The notes beneath the pieces were generated by a model that was not told where the DNA came from, made no database searches, and worked only from the letters and a program-made list of their open reading frames with translations. The position numbers and the translations under genes were made by a program. Shown one piece after another: positions 41,544-49,372 of a DNA stretch of 64,000 nt (positions are counted from its first letter, which is position 1; every line of letters begins with the position of its first letter). The stretch is taken from NCBI GenBank assembly GCA_016712145.1, contig JADJRO010000001.1, forward strand, positions 1,560,868 through 1,624,867, read 5' to 3'. Source of the stretch: Saprospiraceae bacterium. GTDB lineage: Bacteria; Bacteroidota; Bacteroidia; Chitinophagales; Saprospiraceae.

Positions 41544-44500
41544 ATGCCATTAATACCTGTCATTTCATCTTCTAACAACCTTCAAACTGCTTTGAACAAA
41601 AGAAACAGAAATCGTAATTGGTCATCCAAGATTTTAATTCAATTCGTAATACTGGTCATTTGTTTAATTTTTGATTGGAGCATTAAAATACAGGCCCAAA
41701 CGCCTTATTTTCAACAACGCTTGGAATACACGATTCAAGTTACATTGGATGATCAAAACCATGCGCTATCTGCTTTTCTCAAATTAAAATATGTAAACAA
41801 CAGTCCGGATTTATTGGATAAAATTGGATTTCATTTATGGCCGAATGCCTATAAAAATCAAAAAACTGAATTTGCCAGGCAGAAAATTCGACAGGGAGAT
41901 CTGAAATTTTATAATGCGAATGAATCGGAAACTGGATCTATAGATAGCCTTCAATTTAAAGTGAACGGTTTAGTTGCTGTCCTCGATCAATCCAATTTGC
42001 CTGTAGATATGGCCTGGCTCCTGTTACCAGAGGTATTACAACCCGGAGACAGTATTTTAATAGAAACCCCTTTTTATGTTAAACTGCCTATTACGGTCAG
42101 TAGAATGGGCCATATTGGACAATCCTACCAAATCAGTCAATGGTTTCCAAAGCCTGCGGTATACGATCGGAAAGGCTGGCACCTAATGCCCTATCTGGAT
42201 CAAGGTGAATTTTATTCAGAATTTGGTCAATTTAATGTACAGATTACGCTTCCTAAAAATTATGTTGTAGCTGCAACCGGAACACTGGAAACTGAAAATG
42301 AACGCGAATTTATTAATCAACGAATCCAATTCACCAAGGATGTTCTTACAAATAAAACGGTAGCAGACAGTCTGTTTTTAGTTGAGTCGGTTATTCAATT
42401 AAAAACACTTCAATTTGTTGCTAAGGACGTTCATGATTTTGCCTGGTTTGCAGACAAATCCTTCTTAATCCAGCAGGATACTGTGCAACTAACAAACGTT
42501 CGTTCGGTATTGTGTCAAAGTTATTTCACTTCTCCAGATCTTTGGGATGAATCCATACAATCCGTTAAAAAGTCGATTCGTTTTTATTCAGAACAACTTG
42601 GAACCTACCCTTATCCTCAAGCAAGTGCTGTTGAAAGCAGTTTGGGTGTAGGTGGCGGCATGGAATACCCCATGATCACCGTGATCGGCCCAAGTTATAG
42701 CAAAACGTATTTAGACGAAGTCATTGCTCATGAAGTTGGTCATAATTGGCTGTATGGAATATTAGCAAGCAATGAGCGTGAGCATCCATTTATGGATGAA
42801 GGGATCAATACATTTTATGAAAACATGTATGTTCGTGGTGCAGAAGCACAGTCAACATATATTGAACTAACAGGTCCGTTAAAAAAGATTACAGGCAATA
42901 CCAATTTTAAACAGTTACAGTATCAATTATTTGCAAAACAGGCCATAGATCAATACCCAAACAAGCATTCAAAAATGTTTAGTGAATTAAACTATGGATT
43001 GGATGTATATTATAAAACGGCCTGGTTTTTTGAATATATAGAACACTATCTTGGTAAGACAAAATTCAATGAAATCATGCAATCCTATTATGAAGCATGG
43101 AAATTTAAACATCCATACCCGGAAGATTTGCAAAACATATTCTTTCAAAAAACTTCCAGCAATTATTCCTGGCTGTTTGATGGCTTGCTTAGTTCGGAAA
43201 GAAAATGTGATTATGCATTGTCTAAAATAAAAACAAAAGGGGATTCTATATCAGTAACCATCTGCAATAAAAAATCAATTGATGCACCGATTCAAATTGG
43301 AATGTTCAAAAATGACAGCGCTGTCTATGTAAAATGGATCGATGGATTTACAGGTTCGAAAACCATACAACTTCCGAAATTAGCTTTTGATTATATCAGC
43401 CTGGACCCCAATCACATTTCGTTTGATTTAAAAGATTACAACAATTACATCCGGCCATCAGGTATATTTAAAAAGACAGAGGCGTTAAAATTTCATTTGT
43501 TTCCATTGATTGATCAAAACCATCAAACAGATATTGGTTTAACACCCTGTCTGGCTTACAATCAATACAATGGACTTCAAATTGGGCTGTTTATTTCAAA
43601 ACCCTGGCTACCCAGTCAAAATTTCAGAATGGATCTAGTGCCTTTTTATAGTTTAAAAAGCAATTCGTTAAGTGGCCAATCCAAACTAAGTTATATCTGG
43701 TATGTGGCGGATCAATCCATTCATTCAATCAAGCTTGGTTTAAATTTAAAAACGTATGCATTTAACGAATTACAAGGAAATACATTAGCATATTACCAAT
43801 TAAGCCCTTACTTAAAATTAGATTTTAGTCATGAAGCCTATTTAAACCGAACTTCAAACATCCAATGGACCAGTTATTTTATCAAGGATGAATACCTTCG
43901 CTTTGATGATAGTTTAACAACCAATGGTACGGTATCTGATTTCTGGCGTTCAGCGCATAAACTAAACTATCAATACAATCAGTTTTCAATTTTAGGAAAT
44001 TCTGAATTGGCTTTACACCTAAACTTCTACAAACATGCTCTGGTTTACGGTGGGACACAATCCCTAGTCAACCTTGAAATGCAATTTCAGAAAGAGTTCC
44101 GTTATCGTAATAAGCGCTATTTTTCAGCCAGGATGTATGTATCATGTTACCCATACAACAGTGAACGACAATCAGATGCTATTTCCAGTCGCTCTAAAAC
44201 GACTTCTTATGTTGGATCAACTGGCTTGGCTTTTCAAAACTATTTAGACGGTGAAAATGAAGCGCTCTTTCTTGGAAGATCGGCAGATCATGGATTAAGC
44301 GCACAACAAATTTTTATTCGCCAGGGTGGATTTAAATTGAATCATGGAGCAAGACAACGCGATAACATTGGCAATAGCAATCGATTTGTGGGCTCATTAA
44401 ATTTAAAAACGGATTTGCCTATCCCAAAAATAGGTACGTTCATTAAACCATATTTAGATTTAGGGTATTACGATCAAAAACAAATAGAAGCAAAAAATAG

Positions 44501-44696
44501 AATTATTTATAGTGGTGGCATCCAGTTGAATTTACTATACGATCGGTTTTGTATTTACTTCCCATTGGTTAATTCAAAGTATATTAATACATTGTACAAT
44601 TCTGTTGAAAACAATTCCTATTGGAACCGGGTTTGCTTTTCAATTAATTTGCAGGTTCCTGAGTTCAGAGAATTGTTAAAACATTTACAGATTTAA
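41544..44696 (+). CDS. M1-family (gluzincin, aminopeptidase-N-like) metallopeptidase with a large C-terminal extension
   Basis: Carries GGGMEYPMITV and VIAHEVGHNWLYGILASNEREHPFMDEGINTF (HExxH...E). A signal/anchor lies near the N-terminus. The ATG at 41544 is preferred over the TTG at 41535. Confidence 0.75.
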   Translation: MPLIPVISSSNNLQTALNKRNRNRNWSSKILIQFVILVICLIFDWSIKIQAQTPYFQQRLEYTIQVTLDDQNHALSAFLKLKYVNNSPDLLDKIGFHLWPNAYKNQKTEFARQKIRQGDLKFYNANESETGSIDSLQFKVNGLVAVLDQSNLPVDMAWLLLPEVLQPGDSILIETPFYVKLPITVSRMGHIGQSYQISQWFPKPAVYDRKGWHLMPYLDQGEFYSEFGQFNVQITLPKNYVVAATGTLETENEREFINQRIQFTKDVLTNKTVADSLFLVESVIQLKTLQFVAKDVHDFAWFADKSFLIQQDTVQLTNVRSVLCQSYFTSPDLWDESIQSVKKSIRFYSEQLGTYPYPQASAVESSLGVGGGMEYPMITVIGPSYSKTYLDEVIAHEVGHNWLYGILASNEREHPFMDEGINTFYENMYVRGAEAQSTYIELTGPLKKITGNTNFKQLQYQLFAKQAIDQYPNKHSKMFSELNYGLDVYYKTAWFFEYIEHYLGKTKFNEIMQSYYEAWKFKHPYPEDLQNIFFQKTSSNYSWLFDGLLSSERKCDYALSKIKTKGDSISVTICNKKSIDAPIQIGMFKNDSAVYVKWIDGFTGSKTIQLPKLAFDYISLDPNHISFDLKDYNNYIRPSGIFKKTEALKFHLFPLIDQNHQTDIGLTPCLAYNQYNGLQIGLFISKPWLPSQNFRMDLVPFYSLKSNSLSGQSKLSYIWYVADQSIHSIKLGLNLKTYAFNELQGNTLAYYQLSPYLKLDFSHEAYLNRTSNIQWTSYFIKDEYLRFDDSLTTNGTVSDFWRSAHKLNYQYNQFSILGNSELALHLNFYKHALVYGGTQSLVNLEMQFQKEFRYRNKRYFSARMYVSCYPYNSERQSDAISSRSKTTSYVGSTGLAFQNYLDGENEALFLGRSADHGLSAQQIFIRQGGFKLNHGARQRDNIGNSNRFVGSLNLKTDLPIPKIGTFIKPYLDLGYYDQKQIEAKNRIIYSGGIQLNLLYDRFCIYFPLVNSKYINTLYNSVENNSYWNRVCFSINLQVPEFRELLKHLQI

Positions 44697-44852
44697 TTAC
44701 AATAAACCTTTGAGGGTTAAATTACTCATTGGAGAATCTAACAGAATATACTTCAACACTGCTTGCAATAACTTGCAGCATGAATTATCCAAACTTAGTA
44801 ATAATACTTAAATTAAATAACCTGGCATCGGGGAGTTTAACCAAATCCACCC

Positions 44853-45525
44853 TTACAGTTTATTAACAATGATGTTATAGCTTGCCTTTGGAGTCTGATT
44901 TACTAAACCTGTAATCAAAATGCTGTATTTCTTATTTGGAAGAATATTTAGGTTTGATATACTAACAACTACGGTCGCACCGGATTTTATGGTCAAGTCG
45001 TGTTTAGCAGGTGTCAAACTTGTAAACAAGGAGGTTGATTTATAATTTACTCCAGAAACCAAATCAGCTCCTGAACTAATGGATGATGATCATTGGATTG
45101 GAATTTGCAGACAAATTGATTAACCGAATATACCCTTTGGTTGTATCTGCAACACTTAAATCATCCTCATTGATTATGAGTTCGGGTGAACTTAGTGTCC
45201 CTATGGCCATCAACGAATAATTTTTAGCAGATCCAATATTAAAATTGGCATTTACAACAAATGCATTCGATATATTATCCCGAATTTTAAAATTCTGATT
45301 CCCACTATTGATTTCCTGATATTGTGTAATTCCACCAAACCCAGCAGTAAGAGCAACAATTACGGAATCTTCTACCAGAACGGTACTTAATTTTCCATCT
45401 AAAATACCATTTATAAACATAAGCTTAGATGGGCCAGAAGGACCATCGTCTGATGAGCTGCAGCCAAAAAATGAACAAACGATGGAAAGGACTACTATTG
45501 CAGTAGTAAAAACTGAATTTTTCAT
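44853..45525 (-). pseudogene. DUF4397-like lipoprotein, apparently split into 45076..45525 and 44853..45062
   Basis: The N-terminal ORF has a lipobox (FFGCSSSDD) and ends ...IRLINLSANSNPMIIIH*. The next frame reads SSSISSGADLVSGVNYKSTS..., continuing a second DUF4397-like repeat. The frame change must lie within 45079-45089 (GATGATGAT/CC), which is not a long homopolymer. Confidence 0.5.
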
Positions 45526-45703
45526 AATACAAATAAATTTAGGTGATCAAAAAGATTTCCCAGAAAATAGGGTTAGTGCTTAATAAGAATATTGAAAGAG
45601 GGCGATTCGTTCTGTAAATATACTACAGAAACAAATTAAACGCAAATATTCATTTTATAGTGCATCAAAAAAAAGCTTTTGTAGATTTGGAAAAAATATA
45701 GAA

Positions 45704-46540
45704 ATGAGTATACTACGAAGGTCCAACGAGCGGAACCCAGTGAGTCAGATGGGATTCGGTAACTCAAGAATTGGAAGCACCCTGATATTGGCTTTAATCA
45801 TTGCAGGTTTTTCGTACTTTAAATACTGTAGCACAAAGACTTACAATGAATATACCGGCAAATATCAACACGTTGGTATCAGTCCTGAACAAGAAATTGC
45901 GCTTGGTTTAAATACGGCTCCAGCAATGATTCAACAACACGGGGGTTTACATCCTGATCAACGAGGACAAGATCTGGTAAAAAGTGTGGGTCGAAAGCTG
46001 GTGCAAAGCACTATAGCTAGTAAAACACCGTATCAATATGATTTTCATTTATTGGCCGATGAGGAAGTTATTAATGCATTTGCGTTGCCGGGAGGACAGG
46101 TATTTATCACCGCCGCATTATTTAATAAATTGAAAAATGAAGATCAGCTGGCAGGGGTTTTTGGTCATGAAATAGGTCACGTCATCGCACGACATGGCGG
46201 CGAACGCATTACACAGACCGAACTTTTTGAAGGCTTATCGGGTGCAGCAACGGTCGCAACAGGAGATTATGCTACCGGACAAGGTGTTTCTGCCTTACTG
46301 AATCAATTTTTTTCTATGCCTTATGGGAGAGATCAGGAACTGCAATCCGATGATATTGGAGTGAAACTCATGATGGATTCTGGTTACAATCCAGAAGAAT
46401 TGATTGGAGTCATGGAAATTTTAAAAGCTGCAAGTGGTCCAAACAGAACCCCGGAGCGATTGAGCACACACCCAGATCCTGAAAATCGGATCGAACGAAT
46501 TCGGGAAGCCATTCAAAAATATAAGAATCAACCAAATTAA
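45704..46540 (+). CDS. M48-family zinc metallopeptidase
   Basis: Carries NAFALPGGQVFIT and LAGVFGHEIGHVIARHG (HExxH), with an N-terminal TM segment; 278 aa. Confidence 0.8.
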   Translation: MSILRRSNERNPVSQMGFGNSRIGSTLILALIIAGFSYFKYCSTKTYNEYTGKYQHVGISPEQEIALGLNTAPAMIQQHGGLHPDQRGQDLVKSVGRKLVQSTIASKTPYQYDFHLLADEEVINAFALPGGQVFITAALFNKLKNEDQLAGVFGHEIGHVIARHGGERITQTELFEGLSGAATVATGDYATGQGVSALLNQFFSMPYGRDQELQSDDIGVKLMMDSGYNPEELIGVMEILKAASGPNRTPERLSTHPDPENRIERIREAIQKYKNQPN

Positions 46541-46630
46541 ATAAATATTATATATATTTATAATTGGTTATTAAAAAATTATATATTATTTTTTAATTTA
46601 ATGTGATTTGAGTTTTAATTTTTCGAATCC

Positions 46631-46660
46631 TTTGAAAACAATAGAATAATTGTAAATTTG
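46631..46660 (+). promoter_or_regulatory. Bacteroidota-type promoter for tRNA-Asp (TTTG -33 / TAnnTTTG -7)
   Basis: tttg at 46631-46634, an 18-nt spacer, then taaatttg at 46653-46660, about 20 nt upstream of the tRNA 5' end. Confidence 0.45.
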
Positions 46661-46679
46661 CACCTCCAATTTCTACTTT

Positions 46680-46753
46680 GGATCGGTAGTTCAGTTGGTT
46701 AGAATGCCGCCCTGTCACGGCGGAGGTCGCGGGTTCGAGTCCCGTCCGGTCCG
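46680..46753 (+). tRNA. tRNA-Asp (anticodon GTC)
   Basis: Hand-folded cloverleaf. Acceptor GGATCGG/CCGGTCC, D-arm GTTC..GAAT, anticodon stem CCGCC/GGCGG with loop CTGTCAC, variable loop AGGTC, T-arm GCGGG-TTCGAGT-CCCGT, discriminator G. It is 74 nt with no encoded CCA. Confidence 0.9.
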
Positions 46754-46755
46754 CA

Positions 46756-46788
46756 AAAGCTTCACTTATTTGGTGGAGCTTTTTTTTT
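46756..46788 (+). terminator. Rho-independent terminator after tRNA-Asp
   Basis: aaagcttcac-ttatttg-gtggagcttt followed by T9. Confidence 0.7.
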
Positions 46789-46792
46789 CTAT

Positions 46793-47064
46793 ATGCCTTT
46801 TTTTGTCTACATCATTGTCAGTTTGCAAAATGGTACTTTTTACAAAGGGTTTTCTCTGAACCCCGTTCTTAGACTTAAGCAACATAATGATGGTCTATCC
46901 AAATATACTTCCAAATTTAAGCCTTGGAAACTGGTTTATGTTGAGCAGTTTTCTTCCAAGTCTGATGCTTTGATTAGGGAAAAAATTTGAAAAAAGCGAC
47001 TAATGAAAGGATCTTGGCTTTGATTGATTCTCCTAAAAATATTGTCAAGACTTTTATTCCTTAA
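46793..47064 (+). pseudogene. GIY-YIG (URI-domain, COG2827-type) small nuclease, copy 1, truncated by a frameshift in an A6 run
   Basis: MPFFVYIIVSLQNGTFYKGFSLNPVLRLKQHNDGLSKYTSKFKPWKLVYVEQFSSKSDALIREK stops at 46990. With A7 (as in copy 2) instead of A6 at 46980-46985 it continues NLKKATNERILALIDSPKNIVKTFIP* to 47064, about 90 aa. Confidence 0.75.
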
Positions 47065-47087
47065 TTTCTAAATTCCTCATTGTTTGT

Positions 47088-47169
47088 ATGCCGCCCTGTC
47101 ATCCCCACAATCCTGTGGGGACGGGTTCGATCCCCACAATGCTATGGGGACTGGTTCCCGTCCGGTCCG
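47088..47169 (+). pseudogene. Partial tRNA-Asp (anticodon stem/loop to 3' end) interrupted by two 20-nt palindromes
   Basis: The layout is atgccgccctgtca (identical to tRNA 46704-46717), then tccccacaatcctgtgggga, then cgggttcga (T-arm core), then tccccacaatgctatgggga, then ctggtt, then cccgtccggtccg (tRNA 3' end). Confidence 0.75.
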
Positions 47170-47171
47170 CA

Positions 47172-47205
47172 AAAGCTTCACTTATTTGGTGGAGCTTTTT
47201 TTTTT
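47172..47205 (+). terminator. Second copy of the tRNA-Asp terminator hairpin
   Basis: Same hairpin as 46756-46788, followed by T10. Confidence 0.6.
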
Positions 47206-47209
47206 CTAT

Positions 47210-47481
47210 ATGCCTTTTTTTGTCTACATCATTGTCAGTTTGCAAAATTGTACTTTTTACAAAGGGTTTTCTCTGAACCCCGTTCTTAGACTTAAGCAAC
47301 ATAATGATGGTCTATCCAAATATACTTCCAAATTAAATCTTGGAAACTGGTTTATGTTGAGCAGTTTTCTTCCAAGTCTGATGCTTTGATTAGGGAAAAA
47401 AATTTGAAAAAAGCGCCTAATGAAAGGATCTTGGCTTTGATTGATTCTCCTAAAAATATTGTCAAGACTTTTATTCCTTAA
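47210..47481 (+). pseudogene. GIY-YIG small nuclease, copy 2, disrupted by a 1-nt deletion
   Basis: MPFFVYIIVSLQNCTFYKGFSLNPVLRLKQHNDGLSKYTSK, then the frame is lost. Near 47333 it reads aaattaaatcttgg where copy 1 has aaatttaagccttgg. The downstream A-run is A7, and the C-terminal coding part to the taa at 47479-47481 is conserved. Confidence 0.7.
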
Positions 47482-47504
47482 ATTCTAAATTCCTCATTGT
47501 TTGT

Positions 47505-47615
47505 ATGCCGCACTGTCATCCCCACAATCCTGTGGGGACGGGTTCGGTCCCCACAATTCTGTGGGGACGAGTTCGATCCCCACAATGCTATGGGGACTCG
47601 CTCCCGTCCGGTCCG
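47505..47615 (+). pseudogene. Partial tRNA-Asp interrupted by three 20-nt palindromes (29-bp unit x3)
   Basis: The layout is atgccgcactgtca, then tccccacaatcctgtgggga-cgggttcgg, then tccccacaattctgtgggga-cgagttcga, then tccccacaatgctatgggga-ctcgct, then cccgtccggtccg. Confidence 0.75.
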
Positions 47616-48180
47616 CAACTCAGGTCCCCACCCTTTTGTGAGGGTATCTGAAATGCAAGCCTAAAACTCCTTTTATTGATTTTAATTTTCCAAACAATCC
47701 ATAAGGAATCGTTTGGAAACTCTTTGGCTTCAGAAATTCATTCATCTCTAAAGTCTTTTTTGAATTTCACAATGATGATACCTGCTGTCTTCAAACACTT
47801 TAAACTGGGTATAAATTTGAATGGATCAAAAATATTTTCAAACCTATCGCTTGTTTCACTTAAGTTTTCTCAAAACGAATTGATAAATCCAGAATTGTCA
47901 GTTGAGTTTGAATTCGATCTGATAGATTCCTACTGCTTATAGCTATTTTATACTAATTCTACTTGATTTCAAAAGGCTTGTGAATCGTTTACTAAAAAAT
48001 TTAGTATAGATAAAGTACATGTAAACTTAAATTAAGAAGCAATCAAAAAAACTTAATACACTTTGAATATTTATACTCCTTGACAGATATCATTCGATCG
48101 TTTGACCCCCGTCATCATTAAATAATTTAATCAAAACTAAAATTGTGAAAAATTAACTATTTAAAATTAAATTATTTAAT

Positions 48181-48957
48181 ATGAAATCGAAGGTATATTT
48201 CTTAATGGCTATAGTAACTACAGCCCTAGTTTATTGGACTTGCACACACGATGATGATAATATCACTCCATCAGGTCCTAAAATAACAAGAGGAACAAAT
48301 GTTCATTTACCTGGAAACCTTACAACAGGAAATCCCAATGAATGGAAATTTGATAAAGTACATTCCAGTGTACTATGGCAAACACGATATGTTGGAGCAT
48401 CTGGTTTGCTGACAGGTAGATTCAATCAATTTGGATTGCATGATGTCATCGATGCAAAGGCTATCAATTACACTGTTACTACACAACCCTTACCAGATTC
48501 TTCCTGGGCATTTTATGAAAATGAACCAGCTAAAAGTTATTTTAACGGATATGTACAGATCAATACCTCTAATACCGGTGAACCTGGTAGAGATGCGGGT
48601 TGCAATGTTGCTGGAATGGGTACTGTAGCGATTGTTACAGGAACACAAAACTTAACTCCACAAAATTTAGCAAAAATTAAAACCAAAGAAATAAAATTTG
48701 ACCCTGCAAGCAATGGGTATATTGTAACGCTTGATTTAACTTATCAGGGAAAATTAACAGCACCCCTTACTAAAACAATCCCTGCAAAACTGAGCTATGT
48801 TCCAAAGCAAACTGTTCAATTTGGAACTGCTGCAGCTTATGATGTATTTGGATTACAATTAAGTTTTCAGTTTAATTGCAGAGATTATGGCATTACCAGC
48901 ACCAGTATTGCAGACATTATAGAAATTCAGTGCAATGCTAACTTTCATAATAAATAA
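48181..48957 (+). CDS. YceI-like domain lipoprotein
   Basis: Lipobox-like N-terminus (ALVYWTCTHDD), then WKFDKVHSSVLWQTRYVGASGLLTGRFNQF, which matches the YceI signature (HS.v.F....g....G.F..f). Confidence 0.55.
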   Translation: MKSKVYFLMAIVTTALVYWTCTHDDDNITPSGPKITRGTNVHLPGNLTTGNPNEWKFDKVHSSVLWQTRYVGASGLLTGRFNQFGLHDVIDAKAINYTVTTQPLPDSSWAFYENEPAKSYFNGYVQINTSNTGEPGRDAGCNVAGMGTVAIVTGTQNLTPQNLAKIKTKEIKFDPASNGYIVTLDLTYQGKLTAPLTKTIPAKLSYVPKQTVQFGTAAAYDVFGLQLSFQFNCRDYGITSTSIADIIEIQCNANFHNK

Positions 48958-48974
48958 ATCCAAAATACAATACA

Positions 48975-49356
48975 ATGAAACCTCAATATAAAAAAACTGG
49001 CTACTATACTTCTTCTTGGTTTTCTGATAATAGGTTGCTATGAAGATGTAATTAGCCCTGAAAGAGACCCGGATGGTCCGCCGCAATCAGTCAGCTTTAA
49101 AAATGATTTGGCCCCACTACTTAATGCAAAGTGCACAGCGGTAGGATGCCATGTAAATGGAGCTCATAAGCCTTATATGGAAGATGTATCACTCTCGTTT
49201 AGAAATATAACAAGCGGTGGATTTGTAAATACTTTGCTACCAAAAGAAAGCATTCTTTACAAGCAGGTAAACGGAGCTATGTCAGAGTTTATTCCATCTA
49301 AAGCAGATAAACAATTGATTTACGATTGGATTCGAAACGGAGCACCAAATAATTGA
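48975..49356 (+). pseudogene. Small lipoprotein (C-x4-CH motif), start separated from body by a frameshift in an A7 run
   Basis: The ATG at 48975 (MKPQYKK...) is in frame +0. The lipoprotein signal KKLATILLLGFLIIGCYED...LLNAKCTAVGCH is in frame +1 and has no canonical start before the TTG at 49108. Changing A7 to A6 at 48990-48996 joins them. Confidence 0.55.
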
Positions 49357-49372
49357 TATTAAAACGAAAATT

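Larger units (their letters stand above)
46741..47617 (+). repeat. Tandem direct repeat of two cassettes (periods ~416 and ~446 bp), each = tRNA-Asp 3' end + terminator + GIY-YIG ORF + partial tRNA-Asp; possible miniature tRNA-targeted mobile cassette
   Basis: cccgtccggtccgca occurs at 46741, 47157 and 47603. The first two copies continue identically into aaagcttcacttatttggtggagcttttt... and the GIY-YIG ORF. The two cassettes differ at only about ten positions by eye. Confidence 0.8.

Noticed and set aside
47080-47389. Four overlapping track ORFs (47080.., 47084.., 47088.. on the plus strand, 47099..47302 on the minus strand) across the tRNA fragment and terminator.
   Set aside because: They are translations of the partial tRNA, palindromes and terminator hairpin fused to the GIY-YIG copy-2 frame. 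They are artefacts of open frames in repeat DNA.
47102-47596. The 29-bp palindrome-containing units looked superficially like CRISPR repeats, since their length and internal palindrome resemble type I repeats.
   Set aside because: The units abut each other with no unique spacers: the 9-nt linkers are themselves repeated T-arm sequence. There are only 2 or 3 copies, they sit inside tRNA fragments, and there are no cas genes in the window.
5275-49356. Programmed ribosomal frameshifting or transcriptional slippage as the explanation for the split genes.
   Set aside because: The breaks occur in unrelated genes, at short runs (5-7 nt) with no shared slippery heptamer or downstream structure, and in both +1 and -1 senses. 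Homopolymer miscalling is the more economical explanation. I cannot exclude real mutations without the reads.
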